NCBI RefSeq assembly: GCF_009914755.1
Contig: NC_060937.1
Length of the DNA stretch: 64,000 nucleotides
From: the human T2T-CHM13v2.0 reference genome, Homo sapiens
Strand: one strand, 5' to 3'
Shown here: one piece after another, positions 1 through 16,000 of the stretch
How positions within the stretch are numbered: position 1 is the stretch's first letter
How the letters are laid out: each line of letters starts with the position of its first letter
The notes under the pieces: generated by a model
Told to the model about the DNA's origin: nothing
The model's input: only the letters and a program-made list of their open reading frames with translations
Database searches by the model: none
Position numbers and translations under genes: made by a program

Positions 1-950
1 ATACTGTACATAAAATATGAAATTACATCAAATATATATTATATTAGGTACATAAAATATGAAAGTACATCAAATATATATTATATACTGTACATAAAAT
101 ACCAAAGTACCCCAAATACATATTATATGCTGTACATTAAATATCAAAGTTCACAAACTATATATTATATACTGTACATAAAATATCAAAGTACCGAAGA
201 GATATATTCTATACTGTACAAAAAATATCAAAGTACCCAAAGCATGTATTATATACTGTACATAAAATATGAAAGTACATCAAATATATATTTTATTCTC
301 TACATAAAATATCAAAGTACACCAAATATATATTCTATAGTGTACATAAAATATCAAATTACCCAAAGTATACATTATATACTGTACATAAAATATGAAA
401 TTACATCAAATATATATTATATTAGGTACATAAAATATGAAAGTACATCAAATATTGATTATACACTGTACATAAAATACCAAAGAACCCCAAATATATA
501 TTATATACTGTACATGAAATATCAAAGTTCACAAACTATATATTATATAATGTACATAAAATATCAAAGTACCCAAGGTATATATTCTATACTGTACAAA
601 AAATATCAAAGTACCCAAAGCATGTATTATATAGTGTATATAAAATATGAAAGTACATCAAATATATATTTAATTCTGTACATAAAATATCAAAGTACAC
701 CAAATATATATTCTATACTGTACATAAAATATCAAAGTACCCAAACTATACATTATATACTGTAGATAAAATATGAAATTACATCAAATATATATTATAT
801 TAGGTACATAAAATTTGAAAGTACATCAAATATAGATTATACACTGTATATAAAATACCAAAGAACCCCAAATATATATTATATACTGTACATGAAATAT
901 CAAAGTTCACAAACTATATATTATATACTGTACATAAAATATCAAAGTAC
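1..950 (+). repeat. HOR subfamily N segment (m8 = acaccaaatat, full-length 378-bp units)
   Basis: m8 reads acaccaaata, m3 starts aaataccaaag, and there is no 5-bp deletion in m1. Confidence 0.8.
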
Positions 951-2620
951 ACATGGCATATATTCTATACTGTACAAAAAATATCAAAGTACCCAAAGCA
1001 TGTATTATATACTGTATATAAAATATGAAAGTACATCACATATATATTTTATTCTGTACATAAAATATCAAAGTACACCAGATATATATTCTATAGTGTA
1101 CATAAAATAACAAAGTTCAAAAACTATAAATTATATGCTGTACATAAAATATGAAATTACATCAAATATATATTAGGTACATAAAATATGAATGTACATC
1201 AAATATAGATTATATACTGTACATAAAATATCAATGTACCCCAAATATATATTTTATACTCTACATGAAATATGAAAGTTCACAAACTATATATTATATA
1301 CTGTACATAAAATATCAAAGTACCCAAGGTATATATTCTATACTGTACAAAAAATATCAAAGTACCCAAAGCATGTATTATATACTGTACATAAAATATG
1401 AAACTACATCAAATATATATTTTATTCTGTACATAAAATATCAAAGTACACCAGATATATATTCTATAGTGTACATAGAATATCAAAGTACACAAACTAT
1501 ACATTATATACTGTACATAAAATATGAAATTACATCAAATATATATTAGGTACATAAAATATGAAAGTACATCAAATATAGATTATATACTGTACATAAA
1601 ATATCAGAGTACCCCAAATATATATTATATACACTACATGAAATATTAAAGTTCACAAACTGTATATTATATACTGTACATAAAATATCAAAGTACCCAA
1701 TGTATATATTCTATACTGTACAAAAAATATCAAAGTAGCCAAAGCATGTATTATATACTGTACATAAAATATGAAAGTACATCAAATATATATTTTATTC
1801 TGTACATAAATTATGAAAGTACACCAGGTATATATTCTATAGTGTACATAAAATAACAAAGTACACAATCTATAAATTATATACTGTACATAAAATATGA
1901 AATTACATCAAATATATATTAGGTACATAAAATATGAAAGTACATCAAATATAGATTATATACTGTACATAAAATATCAATGTACCCCAAATATATATTT
2001 TATACTCTACATGAAATATCAAAGTTCACAAACCATATATTAAATACTGTACATAAAATATCAAAGTACCCAAGGTATATATTCTGTACTATACAAAAAA
2101 TATCAAAGTACACAAAGCATTTATTATATACTGTACATAAAATATGAAAGTACATCAAATATATATTTTATTCTCTATATAAAATATCAAAGTACACCAG
2201 ATATATATTCTATAGTGTACATAAAATATCAAAGTACCCAAACTATACATTATACACTGTACATAAAATATGAAATTACATCAAATATATATTATATTAG
2301 GTACATAAAATATGAAAGCACATCAAATATAGATTATATACTGTACATAAAATACCAAAGTACCCCAAATATATATTTTATACTGTACATGAAATATCAA
2401 AGTTCACAAACTATATATTATATACTGTACATAAAATATCAAAGTACCCAAGGTATATATTCTATACTGTACAAAAAATATCAAAGTACCCAAAGCATGT
2501 ATTATATACTGTACATAAAATATGAAAGTACATCAAATATATATTTAATTCTGTACATAAAATATCAAAGTACACCAGATATATATTCTATAGTGTACAT
2601 AAAATATCAAAGTACCCAAA
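951..2620 (+). repeat. HOR subfamily D island
   Basis: m8 reads acaccagata (about 1076, 1448, 2194, 2572). 5-bp-deleted m1 (atatattaggtac) at about 1170, 1543 and 1916; aaaataacaaag variant at about 1105 and 1850. Confidence 0.8.
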
Positions 2621-5600
2621 CTATATATGATATACTGTACATAAAATATGAAATTACATCAAATATATATTATATTAGGTACATAAAATATGAAAGTACA
2701 TCAAATATATATTATATACTGTACATAAAATACCAAAGTACCCCAAATATATATTATATACTGTACATGAAATATCAAAGTTCACAAACTATATATTATA
2801 TACTGTATATAAAATATCAAAGTACCCAAGGTATATATTCTATACTGTACAAAAAATATCAAAGTACCCAAAGCATGTATTATATACTGTTTATAAAATA
2901 TGAAAGTACATCAAATATATATTTTATTCTGTACATAAAATATCAAATTGCACCAAATATATATTCTATAGTGTACATTAAATATCAAACTACCCAAACT
3001 GTACATTATATACTGTACATAAAATATGAAATTACATCAATTATATATTATATTAGGTACATAAAATATGAAAGTACATCAAATATATATTATATACTGT
3101 ACATAAAATACCAAAGTACCCCAAATATATATTATATACTGTACATGAAATATCAAAGTTCACAAACTATATATTATATACTGTACATAAAATATCAAAG
3201 TACCAAAGGTATATATTCTATACTGTACAAAAAATATCAAAGTACCCAAAGCATGTATTATATACTGTACATAAAATACGAAAGTACATCAAATATATAT
3301 TTTATTCTGTACATAAAATATCAAAGTACACCAAATATATATTCTATAGTTTACATAAAATATAAAAGTACCCAAACTATACATTATATACTGTACATAA
3401 AATATGAAATTACATCAAATATATATTATATTAGGTACATAAAATATGAAATTACATCAAATATATATTACATTAGGTACATAAAATGTGAAAGTACATC
3501 AAATATAGATTATATACTGTACATAAAATACCAAAGTACCCCAAATACATATTATATACTGTACATGAAATATCAAAGTTCACAAACTATATATTATATA
3601 CTGTACATAAAATATCAAAGTACCCAAGGTATATATTCTATACTGTACAAAAATATCAAAGTATGCAAAGCATGTATTATATACTGTACATAAAATATGA
3701 AATTACATCAAATATATATTATATTAGGTACATAAAATATGAAAGTACATCAAATATATATTATATACTGTACATAAAATACCAAAGTACCCCAAATACA
3801 TATTATATGCTGTACATTAAATATCAAAGTTCACAAACTATATATTATATACTGTACATAAAATATCAAAGTACCGAAGGGATATATTCTATACTGTACA
3901 AAAAATATCAAAGTACCCAAAGCATGTATTATATACTGTACATAAAATATGAAAGTACATCAAATATATATTTTATTCTCTACATAAAATATCAAAGTAC
4001 ACCAAATATATATTCTATAGTGTACATAAAATATCAAATTACCCAAAGTATACATTATATACTGTACATAAAATATGAAATTACATCAAATATATATTAT
4101 ATTAGGTACATAAAATATGAAAGTACATCAAATATTGATTATACACTGTACATAAAATACCAAAGAACCCCAAATATATATTATATACTGTACATGAAAT
4201 ATCAAAGTTCACAAACTATATATTATATAATGTACATAAAATATCAAAGTACCCAAGGTATATATTCTATACTGTACAAAAAATATCAAAGTACCCAAAG
4301 CATGTATTATATAGTGTATATAAAATATGAAAGTACATCAAATATATATTTAATTCTGTACATAAAATATCAAAGTACACCAAATATATATTCTATACTG
4401 TACATAAAATATCAAAGTACCCAAACTATACATTATATACTGTAGATAAAATATGAAATTACATCAAATATATATTATATTAGGTACATAAAATTTGAAA
4501 GTACATCAAATATAGATTATACACTGTATATAAAATACCAAAGAACCCCAAATATATATTATATACTGTACATGAAATATCAAAGTTCACAAACTATATA
4601 TTATATACTGTACATAAAATATCAAAGTACCCAAGGTATATATTCTATACTGTACAAAAAATATCAAAGTACCCAAAGCATGTATTATATACTGTTCATA
4701 AAATATGAAAGTACATCAAATATATATTTTATTCTGTACATAAAATATCTAAGTACACCAAATATATATTCTATAGTGTACATAAAATATGAAATTACCC
4801 AAACTATACATTATATACTGTACATAAAATATGAAATTACTTCAAATATATATTATATTAGGTACATAAAATATGAAAGTACATCAAATATATATTATAT
4901 ACTGTACATAAAATACCAAAGTACCCCAAATACATATTATATACTGTACATGAAATATCAAAGTTCACAAACTATATATTATATACTGTACATAAAATAT
5001 CAAAGTACCGAAGGGATATATTCTATACTGTACAAAAAATATCAAAGTACCCAAAGCATGTATTATATACTGTACATAAAATATGAAAGTACATGAAATA
5101 TATATTTTATTCTGTACATAAAATATCAAAGTACACCAAATATATATTCTATAGTGTACATAAAATATCAAAGTACCCAGACTATACATTATATACTGTA
5201 CATAAAACATGAAATTACATCAAATATATATTATATTAGGTACATAAAATATGAAAGTACATCAAATATAAATTATATACTGTACATAAAATACCAAAGT
5301 ACCCCAAATATATATTATATACTGTACATGAAATATCAAAGTTCACAAACTATATATTATATACTGTACATAAAATATCAAACTACCCAAGGTATATATT
5401 CTATACTGTACAAAAAATATCAAAGTACCCAAAGCATGTATTATATAGTGTATATAAAATATGAAAGTACATCAAATATATATTTAATTCTGTACATAAA
5501 ATATCAAAGTACACCAAATATATATTCTATAGTGTACATTAAATATCAAACTACCCAAACTATACATTATATACTGTACATAAAATATGAAATTACATCA

Positions 5601-6400
5601 AATATATATTATATTAGGTACATAAAATATGAAAGTACATCAAATATATATTATATACTGTACATAAAATACCAAAGTACCCCAAATACATATTATACAC
5701 TGTACATGAAATATCAAAGTTCACAAACTATATATTATATACTGTACATAAAATATCAAAGTACCGAAAGTATATATTCTATATTGTACAAAAAATATCA
5801 AAGTACCCAAAGAATGTATTATATACTGTACATAAAATATGAAAGTACATCAAATATATATGTTATTCTGTGCATAAAATATCAAAGTACACCAAATATA
5901 TATTCTATAGTGTACATAAAATATCAAAGTACCCAAATTATACATTATATACTGTACATAAAATATGAAATTACATCAAATATATATTATATTAGGTACA
6001 TAAAATATGAAAGTACATCAAATATAAATTATATACTGTACATAAAATACGAAAGAAACCCAAATATATATTATATACTCTACATGAAATATCAAAGTTC
6101 ACAAACTATATATTATATACTGTACATAAAATATCAAAGTACCCAAGGTATATATTCTATACTGTACAAAAAATATCAAAGTACGCAAACCATGTATTAT
6201 ATACTGTACATAAAATATGAAATTACATCAAATATATATTATATTAGGTACATAAAATATGAAAGTACATCAAATATAGATTATATACTGTACATAAAAT
6301 ACCAAAGTACCCCAAATACATATTATATACTGTACATGAAATATCAAAGTTCACAAACTATATATTATATACTGTACATAAAATATCAAAGTACCCAAGG
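2621..6400 (+). repeat. HOR subfamily N segment
   Basis: m8 reads acaccaaata throughout and there are no 5-bp deletions, which produces long pseudo-ORFs (2215-3693, 5154-6554). Confidence 0.8.
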
Positions 6401-9400
6401 TTTATATTCTATACTGTACAAAAAATATCAAAGTAGCCAAAGCATGTATTATATACTGTACATAAAATATGAAAGTACATCAAATATATATTTTATTCTG
6501 TACATAAAATATCAAAGTACACCAGATATATATTCTATAGTGTACATAAAATAACAAAGTACACAATCTATAAATTATATACTGTACATAAAATATGAAA
6601 TTACATCAAATATATATTAGGTACATAAAATATGAAAGTACATCAAATATAGATTATATACTGTACATGAAATATCAAAGTACCCCAAATATATATTATA
6701 TACTGTACATGAAATATCAAAGTTCACAAACAATATATTATATACTGTACATAAAATATCAAACTACCCAAGTTATATATTCTATACTGTACAAAAAATA
6801 TCAAAGTACCCAAAGCATGTATTATATACTGTACCTAAAATATGAAAGTACATCAAATATATATTTTATTCTGTACATAAAATATCAAAGTACACCAGAT
6901 ATATATTCTATAGTGTACATAAAATATCAAAGTACCCAAACTATACATTATATACTGTACATAAAATATGAAATTACATCAAATATATATTAGGTACATA
7001 AAATATGAAAGTACATCAAATATAGATTATATACTGTACATAAAATATCAAAGTAGCCCAAATATATACTATATACTCTACATGAAATATCAAAGTTCAC
7101 AAACTATATATTATATACTGTACATAAAATATCAAAGTACCCAAGGTATATATTCTATACTGTACAAAAAATATCAAAGTACCCAAAGCATGTATTATAT
7201 ACTGTACATAAAATATGAAAGTACATCAAATATATATTTTATTCCGTAGATAAAATATCAAAGTACACCAGATATATATTCTATAGTGTACATAAAATAA
7301 CAAATTACAAAAACTATAAATTATATACTGTACATAAAATATGAAATTACATCAAATATATATTAGGTACATAAAATATGAAACTACATCAAATATAGAT
7401 TATATACTGTACATAAAATATCAATGTACCCCAAATATATATTTTATACTCTACATGAAATATCAAAGTTCACAAACCATATATTATATACTGTACATAA
7501 AATATCAAAGTACCCAAGGTATATATTCTATACTATACAAAAAATATCAAAGTACCCAAAGCATGTATTATATACTGTACATAAAATATGAAAGTACATC
7601 AAATATATATTTTATTCTGTACATAAAATATCAAAGTACACCAGATATATATTCTATAGTGTACATAAAATATCAAAGTACCCAAACTATACATTATATA
7701 CTGTACATAAATATGATATTACATCAAATATATATTATGTTAGGTACATAAAATATGAAAGTACATCAGATATAGATTATATACTGTACATAAAATATCA
7801 ATGTACCCCAAATATATATTTTATACTCTACATGAAATATCAAAGTTCACAAACTCTATATTATATACTGTACATAAAATATCAAAATACCCAAGGTATA
7901 TATTCTATGTTGTACAAAAAATATCAAAGTACCCAAAGCATGTATTATATACTGTATATAAAATATGAAAATACATTAAATATATATTTTATTCTGTACA
8001 TAAAATATCAAAGTACACCAGATATATATTCTATAGTGTACATAAAATAACAAAGTACACAAACTATAAATTATATACTGTACGTAAAATATGAAATTAC
8101 ATCAAATATATATTAGGTACATAAAATATGAAAGTACATCAAATATAGATTATATACTGTACATATAATATCAATGTACCCCAAATATATATTTTATACT
8201 CTACATGAAATATCAAAGTTCACAAACCATACATTATATACTGTACATAAAATATCAAAGTACCCAAGGTATATATTCTATACTGTACAAGAAATATCAA
8301 AGTACCCAAAGCATGTATTATATACTGTACATAAAATATGAAAGTACATCAAATATATATTTTATTCTGTACATAAAATATCAAAGTACACCAGATATAT
8401 ATTCTATAGTGTACATAAAATAACAAAGTACCCAAACTATAAATTATATACTGTACATAAAATATGAAATTACATCAAATATATATTAGGTACATAAAAT
8501 ATGAAAGGACATCAAATATAGATTATATAGTGTACATAAAATATCAATGTACCCCAAATATATATTTTATACTCTACATGAAATATCAAAGTTCACAAAC
8601 CATATATTATATACTCTACATAAAATGTCAAAGTACCCAAGGTATATATTCTATACTGTACAAAAAATATCAAAGTACCAAAAGCATGTATTATATACTG
8701 TACATAAAATATGAAACTACATCAAATATATATTTTATTCTGTACATAAAATATCAAAGTACACCAGATATATATTCTATAGTGTATATAAAATATCAAC
8801 GTACCCAAACTATACATTATATACTGTACATAAAATATGAAATTACATCAAATATATATTATATTAGGTACATAAAATATGAAAGCACATCAAATATAGA
8901 TTATATACTGTACTTTAAATACCAAAGTACCCCAAATATATATTTTATACTGTGCATCAAATATCAAAGTTCACAAACTATATATTATATACTGTACATA
9001 AAATATCAAAGTACCTATGGTATATATTCTATACTGTACAAAAAATATCAAAGTACCCAAAGCATGTATTTTATACTGTACATAAAATATGAAAGTACAT
9101 CAAATATATATTAGGTACATAAAATATGAAAGTACATCAAATATAGATTATATACTGTACATAAAATATCAAAGTACCCCAAATATATATTATATGCTCT
9201 ACATGAAATATCAAAGTTCACAAACTATATATTATATACTGTACATAAAATATCAAAGTACCCAAGGTATATATTCTATACTGTATAAAAAATATCAAAG
9301 TATCCAAAGCATGTATTATATACTCTATATAAAATATGAAAGTACATTAAATATATATTTTATTCTCTACATAAAATATCAAAGTACACCAGATATATAT

Positions 9401-12400
9401 TCTATAGTGTACATAAAATAACAAAGTACACAAACTATAAATTATATACTGTACATAAAATATGAAATTACATGAAATATATATTAGGTACATAAAATAT
9501 GAAAGTACATCAAATATAGATTATATACTGGACATATAATATCAATGTACCCCAAATATATATTTTATACTCTACATGAAATATCAAAGTTCACAAACCA
9601 TACTTTATATACTGTACATAAAATATCAAAGTACCCAAGGTATATATTCTATACTGTACAAAAAATATCAAAGTACCAAAAGCATGTATTATATACTGTA
9701 CATAAAATATGAAAGTACATCAAATATATATTTTATTCTGCACATAAAATATCAAAGTACACCAGATATATATTCTATAGTGTACATAAAATATCAAAGT
9801 ACCCAAACTATATATTATACACTGTACATAAAATATGAAATTACATCAAATATATATTAGGTACATAAAATATGAAAGTACATCAAATATAGATTATATA
9901 CTGTACATAAAATATCAAAGTACCCCAAATATATATTATATACTCTACATGAAATATCAAAGTTCACAAACTATATATTATATACTGTACATAAAATATC
10001 AAAGTACCCAAGGTATATATTCTATACTGTACAAAAAATATCAAAGTACCCAAAGCATGTATTATATACTGTACATAAAATATGAAAGTACATTAAATAT
10101 ATATTTTATTCCGTACATAAAATATCAAAGTACACCAGATATATATTCTATAGTGTACATAAAATAACAAAGTACAGAAACTATAAATTATATACTGTAC
10201 ATAAAATATGAAATTACATCAAATATATATTAGGTACATAAAATATGAAAGTACATCAAATATAGATTATATACTGTACATATAATATCAATGTACCCCA
10301 AATATATATTTTATACTCTACATGAAATATCAAATTTCACAAACCATACTTTATATACTGTACATAAAATATCAAAGTACACAAGGTACATATTCTATAC
10401 TGTACAAAAAATATCAAAGTACCCAAAGCATGTATTATATACTGTACATAAAATATGAAAGTACATCAAATATATATTTTATTCTGTACATAAAATATCA
10501 AAGTACACCAGATATATATTCTATAGTGTACATAGAATATCAAAGTACCCAAACTATACATTATATACTGTACATAAAATATGAAATTACATCAAATATA
10601 TATTAGGTACATAAAATATGAAAGTACATCAAATATAGATTATATACTGTACATAAAATATCAAAGTACCCCAAATATATATTTTATACTCTACATGAAA
10701 TACCAAAGTTCACAAACCATATATTATATACTGTACATAAAATATCAAAGTACCCAAGGTATATATTCTATACTGTACAAAAAATATCAAAGTACCCAAA
10801 GCATGTATTATATACTGTACATAAAATATGAAAGTACATCAAATATATATTTTATTCTGTACATAAAATATCGAAGTACACCAGATATATATTCTATAGT
10901 GTACATAAAATATCAAAGTACCCAAACTATACATTATATACTGTACATAAAATATGAAATTACATCAAATATATATTATATTAGGTACATAAAATATGAA
11001 AGTACATCAAATATAGATTCTATACTGTACATAAAATATCAAAGAACCCCAAATATATATTATATACTCTACATGAAATATCAAAGTTCACAAACTATAT
11101 ATTATATACTGTACATAAAATATCAAAGTACCCAAGGTGTATATTCTATACTCTACAAAAAATATCAAAGTACCCAAACTATACATTATATACTGTATAT
11201 AAAATATGAAATTATATCAAATATATATTATATTAGGTACATAAAATATGAAAGTACATCAAATATAGATTATATACTGTACATAAAATATCAAAGTACC
11301 CAAACCATACTTTATATACTGTACATAAAATATGAAATTACATCAAATTTATATTAGGTAAATAAAATATGAAAGTACATCAAATATAGATTATACGCTG
11401 TACAAAAAATATCAAAGTACCCCAAATATATATTATATACTATACATGAAATATCAAAGTTCACAAACTATATATTATATACTGTACATAAAATATCAAA
11501 GTACCCAAGGTATATATTCTATACTGTACAAAAAATATCAAAGTATCCAAAGCATGTATTATATACTGTATATAAAATATGAAAGTACATTAAACATATA
11601 TTTTATTCTGTACATAAAATATCAAAGTACACCAGATATATATTCTATAGTGTACATAAAATAACAAAGTACACAAACTATAAATTATATACTGTATATA
11701 AAATATGAAATTACATCAAATATATATTAGGTACATAAAATATGAAAGTACATCAAATATAGATTATATACTGTACATATAATATCAATGTACCCCAAAT
11801 ATATATTTTATACTCTACATGAAATATCAAAGTTCACAAACCATACATTATATACTGTACATAAAATATCAAAGTACCCAAGGTATATATTCTATACTGT
11901 ACAAAAAATATCAAAGTACCCAAAGCATGTATTATATACTGTACATAAAATATGAAAGTACATCAAATATATATTTTATTCTGTACATAAAATATCAAAG
12001 TACACCAGATATACATTCTATAGTGTACATAAAATATCAAAGTACCAAAACTATACATTATATACTGTACATAAAATATGAAATTACATCAAATATATAT
12101 TAGGTACATTAAATATGAAAGTACATCAAATATAGATTATATACTGTACATAAAATATCAAAGTACCCCAAATATATATTATATACTCTACATGAAATAT
12201 CAAAGTTCACATAGTATATATTATATACTGTACATAAAATATCAAAGTACCCAAGGTATATATTCTATACTGTACAAAAAATATCAAAGTACCCAAAGCA
12301 TGTATTATATACTGTACATAAAATATGAAAGTACATCAAATATATATTTTATTCTGTACATAAAATATCAAAGTACAACAGATATATATTCTATAGTGTA

Positions 12401-13049
12401 CATAAAATAACAAAGTAGAAAAACTATAAATTATATACTGTACATAAAATATGAAATTACATCAAATATATATTAGGTACATAAAATATGAAAGTACATC
12501 AAATATAGATTATATACTGTACATAAATTATCAATGTACCCCAAATATATATTTTATACTCTACATGAAATATCAAAGTTCACAAACCATATATTATATA
12601 CTATACATAAAATATCAAGGTACCCAAGGTATATATTCTATACTGTACAAAAAATATCAAAGTACACAAAGCATTTATTACTGTACATAAAATATGAAAG
12701 TACATCAAATATATATTTTATTCTGTACATAAAATATCAAAGTACACCAGATATATATTCTATAGTGTGCATAAAATATCAAAGTACCCAAACTAACAAT
12801 TATATACTGTACATAAAATATGAAATTACATCAAATATATATTATATTAGGTACATAAAATATGAAAGCACATCAAATATAGATTATATACTGTACTTTA
12901 AATACCAAAATACCCCAAATATATATTTTATACTGTACATCAAATATCAAAGTTCACAAACTATATATTATATACTGTACATAAAATATCAAAGTACCCA
13001 TGGTATATATTCTATACTGTACAAAAAATATCAAAGTACCCAAAGCATG

Positions 13050-16000
13050 TATTATATACTGTACATAAAATATGAAAGTACATCAAATATATATTTTATT
13101 CTGTACATATAATATCAAAGTACACCAGATATATATTCTATAGTGTACATAAAATATCAAAGTACCCAAACTATACATTATATACTGTACATAAAATATG
13201 AAATTACATCAAATATATATTAGGTACATAAAATATGAAAGTACATCAAATATAGATTATATACTGTACATAAAATATCAATGTACCCCAAATATATATT
13301 TTATACTGTACATGAAATATCAAAGTTCACAAACCATATATTATATAATGTACATAAAATATCAAAGTACCCAAGGTATATATTCTATACTGTACAAAAA
13401 ATATCAAATTACCCAAAGCATGTATTTTATACTGTACATAAAATATGAAAGTACATCAAATATATATTTTATTCTGTACATAAAATATCAAAGTACACCA
13501 GACATATATTCTATAGTGTACATAAAATATCAAAGTACCCAAACTATACATTATACACTGTACATAAAATATGAAATTACATCAAATATATATTATATTA
13601 GGTACATAAAATATGAAAGTACATCAAATATAGATTATATACTGTACATAAAATACCAAAGTACCCCAAATATATATTTTATACAGTACATGAAATATCA
13701 AAGTTCACACACTATATATTATATACTGTACATAAAATATCAAAGTACCCAAGGTATATATTCTATACTGTACAAAAAATATCAAAGTACCCAAAGCATG
13801 TATTAAATACTGTACATAAAATATGAAAGTACATCAAATATATATTTTATTCTGTACATAAAATATCAAAGTACACCAGATATATATTCTATAGTGTACA
13901 TAAAATATCAAAGTACCCAAAATATACATTATAAACTGTACATAAAATATGAAATTACATCAAATATATATTATATTAGGAACATAAAATATGAAAGTAC
14001 ATCAAATATAGATTCTATACTGTACATAAAATATCAAAGAACCCCAAATATATATTATATACTCTACATGAAATATCAAAGTTCACAAACTATATATTAT
14101 ATACTGTACATAAAATATCAAAGTACCCAAGGTGTATATTCTATACTCTACAAAAAATATCAAAGTACCCAAACTATACATTATATACTGTATATAAAAT
14201 ATGAAATTATATCAAATATATATTATATTAGGTACATAAAATATGAAAGTACATCAAATATAGATTATATACTGTACATAAAATATCAAAGTACCCAAAC
14301 TATACATTATATACTGTACATAAAATATGAAATTACATCAAATATATATTAGGTAAATAAAATATGAAAGTACATCAAATATAGATTATATACTGTACAT
14401 AAAATATCAAATTACCCCAAATATATATTATATACTCTACATGAAATATCAAAGTTCACAAACTATATATTATATACTGTACATAAAATATCAAAGTACC
14501 CAAGGTATATATTCTATACTGTACAAAAAATATCAAAGTATCCAAAGCATGTATTATATACTGTATATAAAATATGAAAGTACATTAAATATATATTTTA
14601 TTCTGTACATAAAATATCAAAGTACACCAGATATATATTCTATAGTGTACATAAAATAACAAAGTACGCAAACTATAAATTATATACTGTACATAAAATA
14701 TGAAATTACATCAAATATATATTAGGTACATAAAATATGAAAGTACATCAAATATAGATTATATTCTGTACATATAATATCAATGTACCCCAAATATATA
14801 TTTTATACTCTACATGAAATATCAAAGTTCACAAACCATACATTATATACTGTACATAAAATATCAAAGTACCCAAGGTATATATTCTATACTGTACAAA
14901 AAATATCAAAGTACCCAAAGCATGTATTATATACTGTACATAAAATATGAAAGTACATCAAATAGATATTTTATTCTGTACATAAAATATCAAAGTACCC
15001 AAGGTATATATTCTATACTGTACAAAAAATATCAAAGTACCCAAAGCATGTATTATATACTGTATATAAAATATGAAAGTACATTAAATATATATTTTAT
15101 TCTGTACATAAAATATCAAAGTACACCAGATATATATTCTATAGTGTACATAAAATAACAAAGTACGCAAACTATACATTATATACTGTACATAAAATAT
15201 GAAATTACATCAAATATATATTAGGTACATAAAATATGAAAGTACATCAAATATAGATTATATACTGTACATATAATATCAATGTACCCCAAATATATAT
15301 TTTATACTCTACATGAAATATCAAAGTTCACAAACCATACATTATATACTGTACATAAAATATCAAAGTACCCAAGGTATATATTCTATACTGTACAAAA
15401 AATATCAAAGTACCCAAAGCATGTTTTATATACTGTACATAAAATATGAAAGTACATCAAATATATATTTTATTCTGTACATAAAATATCAAAGTACACC
15501 AGATATATATTCTATAGTGTACATAAAATAACAAAGTACACAAACTATACATTATATACTGTACATAAAATATGAAATTACATCAAATATATATTAGGTA
15601 AATAAAATATGAAAGTACATCAAATATAGATTATATACTGTACATAAAATATCAATGTACCCCAAATATATATTTTATACTCTACATGAAATATCAAAGT
15701 TCACAAACCATATATTATATAATGTACATAAAATATCAAAGTACCCAAGGTATATATTCTATACTGTACAAAAAATATCAAATTACCCAAAGCATTTATT
15801 ATATACTGTACATAAAATATGAAAGTACATCAAATATATATTTTATTCTGTACATAAAATATCAAAGTACACCAGATATATATTCTATAGTGTACATAAA
15901 ATATCAAAGTACCCAAACTATACATTATACACTGTACATAAAATATGAAATTACATCAAATATATATTATATTAGGTACATAAAATATGAAAGTACATCA

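Noticed and set aside
1151-1549. Programmed frameshifting suggested by overlapping MKLHQIY... ORFs
   Set aside because: The overlaps come simply from the 5-bp deletion in m1 joining an out-of-frame ATG to the open frame.
4965-5210. Minus-strand hydrophobic ORFs (also 50638, 51767, 54017, 54768, 59130, 60630)
   Set aside because: Each arises from one C>G variant (acatcaaa>acatgaaa) that removes a TGA on the - strand. No independent coding evidence.
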